Below, piece after piece: positions 8,771-17,000 of a DNA stretch of 24,000 nt (the stretch's first letter is position 1; every line of letters starts with the position of its first letter). Source of the DNA: an uncultured Phycisphaerales bacterium (GTDB lineage: Bacteria; Planctomycetota; Phycisphaerae; Tepidisphaerales; Tepidisphaeraceae); contig CAWBWQ010000007.1 in assembly GCA_963792535.1 (NCBI GenBank), positions 744,865 to 768,864 of the forward strand, read 5' to 3'. The notes below the pieces were generated by a model that was not told the origin of the DNA, made no database searches, and saw only the letters and a list, made by a program, of their open reading frames with translations. Made by a program: the position numbers and the translations under genes.

Positions 8771-8795
8771 CCACCGACTGGATCGGTGGTTTTTT
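8771..8795 (+). terminator. intrinsic terminator-like hairpin between rpmI and rplT
   Basis: CCACCGA (8771-8777), loop CTGGA, TCGGTGG (8783-8789), then TTTTTT (8790-8795). The stem is a perfect 7 bp. Confidence 0.65.
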
Positions 8796-8888
8796 AAAGG
8801 ACCGGCACGGTGCCGTTCCAGCCACGCCCCCGATGATTTATTTCACGGTGAGTGCCTCTGGCTCCCATTTTCCTGAAAGGATCTTACC

Positions 8889-9275
8889 ATGCCCCGCTCA
8901 ACCGGAGGCCCGACCCACAGTCGTAAACGCAAACGCGTCCTGAGACGCGCCAGCGGATTTGTCGCTTCGCCAGGTACGCAGTACCGGCAGGCTTTGGAAT
9001 TCATTCGCCGGGCAGACCGCTATGCCTATCGCGATCGCCGGCAGAAGAAGCGGCATTTTCGAACGCTCTGGATCACGCGGCTCGGTGCCGCCGTGCGTCA
9101 GCGCGGTATCAACTATAATCGGTTTATCCCCGCCCTTATCTCCGCGGGAATCGAACTGAATCGCAAGATGCTCAGCGAGCTCGCTGCCACCGACCCGGCC
9201 GCCTTTGATGCGGTGGTCGCCCTGGTGAAACCGCACTTGTATGTGCCGGCATCGCCCGCTACCGCTGCAGCGTAA
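8889..9275 (+). CDS. rplT: 50S ribosomal protein L20
   Basis: RYAYRDRRQKKRHFRTLWITRLGAAVRQRGINYNRFIPALISAGIELNRKMLSELA matches the conserved L20 core. Confidence 0.93.
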   Translation: MPRSTGGPTHSRKRKRVLRRASGFVASPGTQYRQALEFIRRADRYAYRDRRQKKRHFRTLWITRLGAAVRQRGINYNRFIPALISAGIELNRKMLSELAATDPAAFDAVVALVKPHLYVPASPATAAA

Positions 9276-9298
9276 CTGCAAACTGCGCTATCATTTGA

Positions 9299-9337
9299 AG
9301 AGGCCGATGGTGACCAACCATCGGCCTCTTTCTTTTT
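9299..9337 (+). terminator. intrinsic terminator after rplT, in the convergent gap with the vWA gene
   Basis: AGAGGCCGATGGT (9299-9311), loop GACCA, ACCATCGGCCTCT (9317-9329), then TTCTTTTT. The stem is a perfect 13 bp. Confidence 0.85.
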
Positions 9338-9345
9338 AGAGAGAA

Positions 9346-11550
9346 TCATCCCGGAATGGCTCGACGATTAATGATTAGTCCCCCCGCGATCATCATAAAT
9401 CCCCCGACTGCAAATAAGCTGGTGAGATCGGTCCGTCTTCCCGGCCAATGAAAATCAATTTTGTTGGAGGTTCCGGGCTCGATGACGCCGCCTCCGGTTC
9501 GGTCAGCGAGCGATTGCAGCGTTTGTCGATTATTTCCGATCGCTTCAAACTCCGGCGCATACCGTGCGGCCATGCTGAACTTTCCAAGTAAGTGCCCCTC
9601 CTCTTTCACCGTGCAGAAAACGCTGTTGCGCGAAGCCGGCCTGGCCAGTTCATAAAGCCCTGGCGCGGTTTGCGGGATCCGCATCTCCTCAGCTGCGCCG
9701 GTCTGGGGATCTGCGATCTGAAGGGTGATATCGCGCCCGTTGAGATACTGCTGCCCATCGATCGCCGTGACTTTCACGCGCCATTCCGACCCGGCCTCCC
9801 ATTGAACCGCAAACCGCGGATCTGACGGGGGCTGTGCGATTTTTTCCGCCAGCAACTGAACTTGCGCCGCCCCCGCCGGGTACGCAATCGCCAGCACCTG
9901 GCCTGCGCCAGCCTGCCAACGCGCAACCAGAGGCCCCTGCGTTGACCTTTGAACAATCGTGGCATCCGATCGAGCCCAGGTCTGGTTCCATTCCACCACA
10001 GTGCCCGGTCCGGGAATCAGCTCAACAGCGCGATGCTGATACCGCCTGGGCAATGCAGAACGCAGCAATTGATTTGCAGCCGATATCCAGCCTTTCAGCG
10101 CAGGCGCTTCAAGCACCGCGCCGCCGGTTGCATCGGCAATCTCACGCAGCGCGGGCAGCGCGCGACCGCGCCCCAGGGCCATCAGATAGAGGTGGATCTT
10201 CTTTGCCAGAAAATGCGTTGAATAATCAGCTGCGTTTGGCAAATCGGCATCGGCATCGGTCATCAACATCAGCTGCGTAGGCGACGAACCGTCGCTTTGT
10301 GATTCAACTTGCGACAACGCTGCGGCAAGATTTGTTGGACCACCCGGCTCGATAGCCACAGTTGGAAGCGGACTCCTGGCCGGTGCGTCGCGCAGCCACC
10401 AGGTCACCGATTCCGCGAAACTTCCGATGCTCAGCAAATCGCTGCCGGGCAGCTGCGGAACCAGATTTGTGACGGCGGCTATCTCGGTCTTCCACGGGTC
10501 ACCGGCCATCGAACCGCTGGCATCCGCCAGCAATTTCCAGTGCATCGTTGGAAGCGGAGGAGAGCTTGCCAAAGGTGAGATTTGATCCAGAGGCGTGCCA
10601 TCGTAACCGCCTGCTGCAAAACTGTGATCGCCGCCCACCAGAATCAGCGCACCGTTCATCGCGCGGACAAATTGCGACAGGTTCCGCTGATCCTGCGAGG
10701 AGAGCGCATCGGCAGGAACATTATTCAGCACGATCGCAGCCGGCGCGACATATTCGGCAAGGTCGCGGGGCAGCGATGTCATGGCTTGCCAACCAGCAGG
10801 ACAATTAGCACCAACCCACCATCGCGGCGCGATGGGCGGCGGTGGAAGCGCCAAGGTCATCGCGTCGTTCTCCGGCCACAGGTCGCCGGGCGGCAGGAAA
10901 GCGCTGATCTGCGCCGCCCCACTTGGTGTGGCGAACTGCCCGTCCTGCTCCGCCGTCGCCCCGGACCATCGAACCGCTCGACTGCCATTCGCAAGCGAGG
11001 CAAACACCCGTTTGCCCGCCATCGTGAGATTGATTACCGCGTCATCCTCCGGGTGATCCAGCGCCGGGTCTATCACGGCATACGTCGGAGGGGCATACGC
11101 GGGAGGCGAAAATTGACCGTCACTGAACAGCAGCACCGCGTCATCGGCGGGAGGTGAAAAACGGGTGTGATCCGCGGGTATCTCGGCCAGCGGAGCTGAA
11201 AGATCAATCGCCTGATTCCGTTCGGAAAAAGCGATCAGTTCATATTTCTGATCGCCGAGCAGTTGATGAATTGTCTGACTCAGCCATTGGCGATCGCGAA
11301 ACCTGGCCCCGCGGGTGCTGGGGGAAAGGTCCACCATTACCGCGACGGTACCGGGTGGGAAGCCTTCCCAGAAAGGATGGGATAGCGCTATCGCCAGCAT
11401 TGCCGCGCCCGCTATCAACACCAGCAGATACGACCGGGCGATGCGCCTTACCATTCCCGCGGTTGCTATCGCAAGGACCGCCACCAACGCCAGAAGCAAC
11501 GCGCGGTCCGACTCGATTCCGATCTGGGTCAGGAACATCAATCCCATCAA
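9346..11550 (-). CDS. membrane-anchored multidomain protein with two vWA/MIDAS-like domains and a GATase1-like middle domain (BatA/BatB-like)
   Basis: This is an intact 734-aa ORF with N-terminal TM helices and a C-terminal TM (LFAVGGFMMIAGGLII). The first vWA-like block is VAVMVDLSPSTRG...LLFSDGQF. The second is WKLLADASGSMAG...LMLMTDADADL. Between them lies LILVGGDHSFAAGGYDGTPLDQISPL. Confidence 0.7.
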   Translation of the reverse strand: MMGLMFLTQIGIESDRALLLALVAVLAIATAGMVRRIARSYLLVLIAGAAMLAIALSHPFWEGFPPGTVAVMVDLSPSTRGARFRDRQWLSQTIHQLLGDQKYELIAFSERNQAIDLSAPLAEIPADHTRFSPPADDAVLLFSDGQFSPPAYAPPTYAVIDPALDHPEDDAVINLTMAGKRVFASLANGSRAVRWSGATAEQDGQFATPSGAAQISAFLPPGDLWPENDAMTLALPPPPIAPRWWVGANCPAGWQAMTSLPRDLAEYVAPAAIVLNNVPADALSSQDQRNLSQFVRAMNGALILVGGDHSFAAGGYDGTPLDQISPLASSPPLPTMHWKLLADASGSMAGDPWKTEIAAVTNLVPQLPGSDLLSIGSFAESVTWWLRDAPARSPLPTVAIEPGGPTNLAAALSQVESQSDGSSPTQLMLMTDADADLPNAADYSTHFLAKKIHLYLMALGRGRALPALREIADATGGAVLEAPALKGWISAANQLLRSALPRRYQHRAVELIPGPGTVVEWNQTWARSDATIVQRSTQGPLVARWQAGAGQVLAIAYPAGAAQVQLLAEKIAQPPSDPRFAVQWEAGSEWRVKVTAIDGQQYLNGRDITLQIADPQTGAAEEMRIPQTAPGLYELARPASRNSVFCTVKEEGHLLGKFSMAARYAPEFEAIGNNRQTLQSLADRTGGGVIEPGTSNKIDFHWPGRRTDLTSLFAVGGFMMIAGGLIINRRAIPG

Positions 11551-11916
11551 TATACCAACTCGACGGAGCTACGACGTTTTACCGCTCCTTGGCATTTCGC
11601 GGCATTGATGACCGTGCAGCAAAATTAGGCAAATGGCTCTAGAATTTGCGCAGAGACCTGCTTCAGGCTGGTCTAGCACAAAGTGCGCTACCGTTGTGGT
11701 CGTTTCGAATACTTCTCACCGGTTAAAATGAACATGCCGCCATTAAACCATTTATTTTAAGGCATTTAGGTCGCAAGGTGCCGCTACCAAAGCGCATTCT
11801 GCGGCGACAAACCATTCATATTGATGCCGGGGGTAAAAATAGCGCACCGATGCATTTTCAACGCTAAACAGTGTTATCCGATCCACTTACGATCATTCGC
11901 CGAAAAATCTTAGTGT

Positions 11917-11932
11917 TGGCATTCCATTAGCT
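11917..11932 (+). promoter_or_regulatory. candidate sigma-54 (-24/-12) promoter
   Basis: TGGCATtccatTAGCT compares with the consensus TGGCAC-N5-TTGCW. The GG (11918-19) and GC (11930-31) have the exact consensus spacing. The site is 43 nt upstream of the ATG at 11975. It is a single motif match with no other support. Confidence 0.25.
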
Positions 11933-11974
11933 ATCCATTTTATCGAAAGCTCCGGATCCCAGAAAGGCAAAGCC

Positions 11975-12289
11975 ATGCACCCCGATGAAATTGAAGAGAT
12001 GCTTTACCAGAAAGCGATGCGAACGAAGATTCGTCCGCCGTTGCAGGAGCGCATGTCGAATCTTGGATCGTACCGATCGGTCGCGGGCGGTCTTGTCGCC
12101 GGCATGGGTTTGGTGTTTACATTGCTGGTTGGGCATACGGATTCGTCGGTCTCGCGTACCGCATCTTCAATGTCGCGGACATCGGCTGAGACTTCCAATA
12201 CTGTCTCACAGATGACCCTGTTTCAGGCATCGTCTCACCAGAATGATTCGGCTACCGCAAGCCTGGCAATGTCACCTATCGGTGGCTGA
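11975..12289 (+). CDS. hypothetical small single-pass membrane protein (104 aa) with Ser/Thr-rich C-terminal tail
   Basis: It is the only sizeable ORF in the AT-rich gap. GAAAGG lies upstream of the ATG. It has one TM (VAGGLVAGMGLVFTLLVG). A very strong terminator follows 39 nt after the stop. I recognise no family. Confidence 0.45.
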   Translation: MHPDEIEEMLYQKAMRTKIRPPLQERMSNLGSYRSVAGGLVAGMGLVFTLLVGHTDSSVSRTASSMSRTSAETSNTVSQMTLFQASSHQNDSATASLAMSPIGG

Positions 12290-12319
12290 TTTCGATACAC
12301 ACACTTTCGATACACACTC
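12290..12319 (+). repeat. 15-nt tandem direct repeat (x2) between the stop codon and the terminator
   Basis: TTTCGATACACACAC (12290-12304) is followed by TTTCGATACACACTC (12305-12319), matching at 14 of 15 positions. Confidence 0.85.
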
Positions 12320-12327
12320 TCTTGTTG

Positions 12328-12373
12328 GTTGCCGCGTGAATCTGGTTTGCCAGGTTCACGCGGCAACTTTTTT
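12328..12373 (+). terminator. intrinsic terminator
   Basis: GTTGCCGCGTGAATCTGG, loop TTTG, CCAGGTTCACGCGGCAAC (an 18-bp stem with one G-U pair), then TTTTTT. Confidence 0.85.
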
Positions 12374-12464
12374 GCGCTACAAACCGCGTTGATCATCCCC
12401 CTTTCGTTCCCCCAAATAAAGCAACCGGGCATGGAAGGTTTGACTCTGCCAGATTTTTCCCCGA

Positions 12465-13614
12465 ATGTCGCTCGCCGTGCATCCACTTACATTTGAGCTT
12501 CACGCAACCGACCCCTCTTCGCACGCCCGGCGTGGGCGGGTTACAACCCGGCATGGTCCTTTCGACACGCCTGCGTTTATGCCCGTTGGCACGCAAGGCA
12601 CTCTTAAAGGTCTACTGCCCCAACTGGTAGCTGAAACCGGCGCACAGTGCGTTTTGGCCAACACCTATCATCTGATGCTTCGGCCCGGCGAGGATGTGGT
12701 TGCCGAACTGGGGGACCTGCACCGATTCATGTCCTGGCCGGGTCCGATCCTCACGGACAGCGGTGGATTTCAGGTCTTTTCCATGGCCGACCTGAACAAA
12801 ATCACAGATGACGGGGTCACGTTTAAAAGTCACATCGACGGCGACATCATTCACCTCGATCCCGAGCGATCGATGGCCGTTCAAAATGCCCTGGGCGCGG
12901 ACATCATCATGGCTTTCGACGAGTGCCCCGCTGCCGACGCGCCGGTGGAATATCACGCTGCTGCAGTCGACCGCACGCTGCGCTGGGCGCAGCGATGTGA
13001 GGTGGCCCATGCCCGCCCGGCCGATCAATCGTTATTTGGTATTGTCCAGGGCGGTACACATGAATCGCTGCGGGCAATATGCGCGGAGAAACTGATTGAA
13101 TTGAACTTACCGGGCTATGCCCTGGGCGGACTGGCCGTAGGTGAGGGTTTTGACGCTATGAAAGGGGTGCTGGAATTCACAACCCCGCTTTTACCGCGGG
13201 AAAAACCGCGGTATTTGATGGGGGTGGGATTCCCTAAAGGACATCGTCGCCGCCGTGGCGACGGGGATCGACATGTTTGACTGCGTGATGCCCACACGCA
13301 ACGGCCGCAATGCATATGCGTTTACCGCGCCGGGCATTTTGCGTTTGAAAAATGCGAAATATGCGCACGATCCCCTTCCGCTGGAACCCGGCTGTGATTG
13401 CCATGCCTGCCTTCATTTTACGCGGGGGGCGATTCGGCATTATTTTTTTGCACGCGAGATGCTTGGCCCGATCCTCGTCTCACTGCATAATATCCGATTC
13501 TACCAAAGGCTGATGCGAGACATCCGCCAGTCGATCACAGACGGGCGGTTTGAGGATTTTCGTCGAAATGACCCGCGTGTGCTGATCGGTCCAACATTGA
13601 AGGAGAAGGTTTGA
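12465..13614 (+). pseudogene. tgt: tRNA-guanine(34) transglycosylase (queuine tRNA-ribosyltransferase); frame disrupted (extra nt at about 13239-13240)
   Basis: ORF 12465..13280 contains TPAFMPVGTQGTLKG, LTDSGGFQV and RYLMGVGFPK. ORF 13255..13614 contains TGIDMFDCVMPTRNGRN and the zinc motif CDCHAC. In the second frame the junction reads DIVAAVATGIDMFDC, so the true sequence is GFPK-DIV with one extra G. The span is 3n+1 nt. Confidence 0.93.
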
Positions 13615-13964
13615 AGATTATCGACGCTATCGTTGCCGCGCTTCCCGCCACCCAGGGCGATCCAAAACCGGGCTGGTTTGACGCGGTCTCCAGTCCGTTT
13701 CTGCTCATGGGCGCGGTAATCCTGATCAGTTTCATGTTCATGGGAAAGGGCAAACGCGGTGAGGACAAAAAGCGCGCCGAGATGCTGAAGCAACTTAAAC
13801 GCGGCGACCGCATTCAAACCATTGGTGGAATTCAGGGCGCGGTCACCCGGGCGGAGGAAAGCCGGGTCGAAGTGAAAGTTGACGAGAGCAGCAATACCAA
13901 AATCTGGTTTGCAAGATCCGCCATCGCGCGGGTCATTGATGATGAGAAGTCGGAAACGAAGTGA
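13611..13964 (+). CDS. yajC: preprotein translocase subunit YajC
   Basis: One TM (FLLMGAVILISFMFM) is followed by KRAEMLKQLKRGDRIQTIGGIQGAVTRAEESRVEVKV, the YajC pattern. The TTG start overlaps the tgt stop (TTGA) and is preceded by AAGGAGAAGG. The gene sits in the canonical position between tgt and secD. Confidence 0.85.
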   Translation: MKIIDAIVAALPATQGDPKPGWFDAVSSPFLLMGAVILISFMFMGKGKRGEDKKRAEMLKQLKRGDRIQTIGGIQGAVTRAEESRVEVKVDESSNTKIWFARSAIARVIDDEKSETK

Positions 13965-14052
13965 GGAAATGTCAGGGGTCCGTGGTCAGTTTTCCGTCGT
14001 TGAACAAAAACAACTGACAACCGACCCGTGACAGAACTGGCATCTGTAAACC

Positions 14053-17000
14053 ATGCAACAATCTCAGACTGGCCGTGTCATTTTTATTGCGTTCGTTCTG
14101 CTGGCGGCGCTGGGAGGCATCTTCCAGCGGCAGGTGGTAAACCTGTTCAAGCCGGTCCCCTGGTCGCAGAAAATGATGCTGCGCCCCGGTATCGACATGG
14201 TCGGTGGAACGAGCCTTCTATATCAAATCAAAGAACCGATCGGTGGATACCATTCCCCTGACGGACACACGCTGGCTGAAGATGTGATGGCCGCCCTTAA
14301 GCGGCGCGTGGATCCGGATGGTGTGAAGAATTACATCTGGCGACCCCAGGGCGAAAACCGCCTGGAAATTCAGATTCCCGCCTCATCGAAAAATGAACAG
14401 GCTGTGGCAGCGCTCGACGCTTATGTGAACGCCCAGAAAGCACTGGAAGCGCTGAATGTGCGACCGCAGGAAGTCACATCCGCCGTCGAAACACTGACCG
14501 GCGCAGCACGCGACGCGCGGCTTGCGCAACTTGCCCAGGGATTGTCCAGCCGAACGCAGTTGTTCAGCCAGCTGGCATCCAAATATGACGCGATGCAGGC
14601 TGCTCACAACAAGCAGCTGGCGGATGTGGAAGCAGCGGCAAGCAATGATTATGACCACTTAAAAGCACAGATCGATACCACGAATCTCAAAACTTCTCAG
14701 CTTGAAGTCATTCTGGAAAAGACCGGCGACGCCAGGGCTCAGGCACTTGCGGATGCCAAGGCAGCCGCCGCCGGAATGCCGGGTCGTCTGCAGGCGATCG
14801 ATCAGTTCAGTGCTGCATATGAGACCTATCGAGGTCTCAAGGGTTCGATTGACGATGCCGGTGAATTGAAACGCGATCTGCAGGGATCGGGCGTTTTGGA
14901 ATTCCACATCGCATTGTCCAATCCGTATGAGGAGCTTCCGCCGGGCGAATATAAGGCGATGCAGGATCAGCTGCACAAAAAAGGACCGCGACCGCAGGCG
15001 GGCGACGAAGTTGCGTGGTTCCAGGTCGATCGGCCTGAAAGCTATCACGGATACACCGAAGCATTTAACGATAAGCAATATATTCTCTGCTGGATCACGC
15101 CTGAGAAATCCATGGTGAACGGACCTGGTTTGCAGCGCTGGTCGATGGAAAAAGCGATGGTGCAATCCGACCCCGGCGGAGGGCAGGTTGTGGGATTCCA
15201 GCTGGATCCCACCGGCGGGAAGCTGTTCCAGGATTTCACGGGAAATAATGTAAAGAAATCACTGGCTGCGATTCTCGATCGTAAAATTATCTCGGTCGCG
15301 AACATCCAGACTGCGATCGGTTCGTCGGGTCAAATCAGCGGTGATTATTCGCAGGAAGATCTGAAGTACATGGTCACCACGCTGAACGCCGGCAGCCTGC
15401 CGGCGCAGTTGGAAGACGAACCGATCAGCGAACACACCGTGGGCCCGCAGTTAGGCGCGGCCAATCTGCGCCAGGGACTGTATGCCTGCGGATTTGGTCT
15501 GGTGATCGTCGCGATTTTCCTGGTTTGTTATTACTACCTTGCCGGTGTGGTTGCCACACTGGCGGTGTTGATGAACATCCTGCTGATCCTGGGTGTGCTT
15601 GCTGCGTTTGGGGCAACTTTCACATTGCCTGGCATCGCCGGCATTGTGTTGACCATCGGCGCGGCGGTTGACGCGAATGTGCTTATTTTCGAGCGTTTGC
15701 GCGAAGAGCAACACCTGGGGCTCAGCCTCCGCATGGCGATGCGAAATGCTTACGAGCATGCCCAAAGCGCGATCTGGGACTCCAACGCGACCACCATTAT
15801 CACATCGCTGATCCTGATGTGGCTCGGCAGTGAGGAAGTGAAGGGATTCGGCACCACGCTGCTCATCGGTTTGTGCAGCAGCTTGTTCACGTCGCTGTTT
15901 GTCACCAAGACTATTTTCAACATTCTGATTGATACGTTTAATCTCAAGACGCTCGGCAGTTTTCCGCTGTCGTTCCCAAAGTGGGACAAACTGCTCAAGC
16001 CGGATATCAACTGGATGCGGCTGGCACCGGGCTTTTGGATTTTAAGCACGGTTATCATCGGCGCGGGCATGATCGCGTTTATTGAAAAAGCACGCGAGCA
16101 CGAACTGGCCGATGTGGATTTCACCAGCGGAACGCAGGTGCAGTTTGATCTGCGCCAACCAATGTCGCTGGAGGATATTCGCCATGCGTTTGATGCGGCT
16201 AACAATCCCGCCCTGCCTTCGGTGAACCTGACAGCCATCGGATCAGATTCGAAAATTCCTGATACCGGATATGAACTGGTGACCGCCAATGCGGATTCGA
16301 AAGCAGTACGCAGTGCGGTATTAAGTGTGCTCGGTTCGCGAATCCAGACGGACCTGCCGAGCAAGTTCGATCATGTGGCTGACTCGGTCGATGTGGCGAT
16401 GACCGCGGGCATCGTGCAGCCGATCACGACCGGGTTTACCGTGAAGGATCTGAACGATTTCAAACCCGCCGCCGCCGACGACTACATCGGCGGTGCCGCG
16501 ATTGTATTGAAGAATCTGGATCCACCTCTCAAACCGGACCAGATTCGCGGCCGCCTCGATCGCCAGCACGCTACGCAGCTTTCCAGCAACGGGGCCGACG
16601 CAAATTCACCGGCACTGACTGAATACACCGTGGTTTCCCCGCTGGGGACCGGTGTTGCAACTTCGTCCGCTGTCGTGCTTACTTCCGATCCGGCATATCC
16701 ATATGACAAAGATCCGGCGAAATGGACCACCAATGTGGCCAACCCGATCTGGGAACTGACCAAAGACAGCGTGAACCATGAGGGAACACTGCAGAAGGTC
16801 AATACATTCGGGCCGCAGGTGGCCGGCGATAATCAGCAGGCGGCGTTTTTTGCATTGATCCTTTCGTCGGTGGTCATCATGGCATACATCTGGTTGCGAT
16901 TCGGCAATCTGAAATACGGCACCGCCACCGTGCTGGCGATGATCCATGACGTGGCCCTGGTGGTGGGCGCGGTGGGTTTGTCCCACTATATCGCGCAACT

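Noticed and set aside
9834-11642. Plus-strand ORFs inside the vWA gene (9834..10280, 10582..11157, 11154..11642).
   Set aside because: They are antisense to an intact 734-aa ORF with MIDAS motifs. Their Arg/Pro-rich translations are typical of the wrong frame in GC-rich DNA.
11690-11725. A GTTTCGAAT string resembling a tRNA T-loop.
   Set aside because: No complementary 5-bp T-stem, acceptor stem or D-arm can be drawn on either strand, so it is not a tRNA.
545-13245. Programmed ribosomal frameshifting as the explanation for the five frame breaks.
   Set aside because: No X-XXY-YYZ slippery heptamer or downstream pseudoknot or hairpin is visible at any site. Four sites need +1 and one needs -1. 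Only the tgt site (AAA-G) even permits re-pairing. Indel error or pseudogenisation is more parsimonious.
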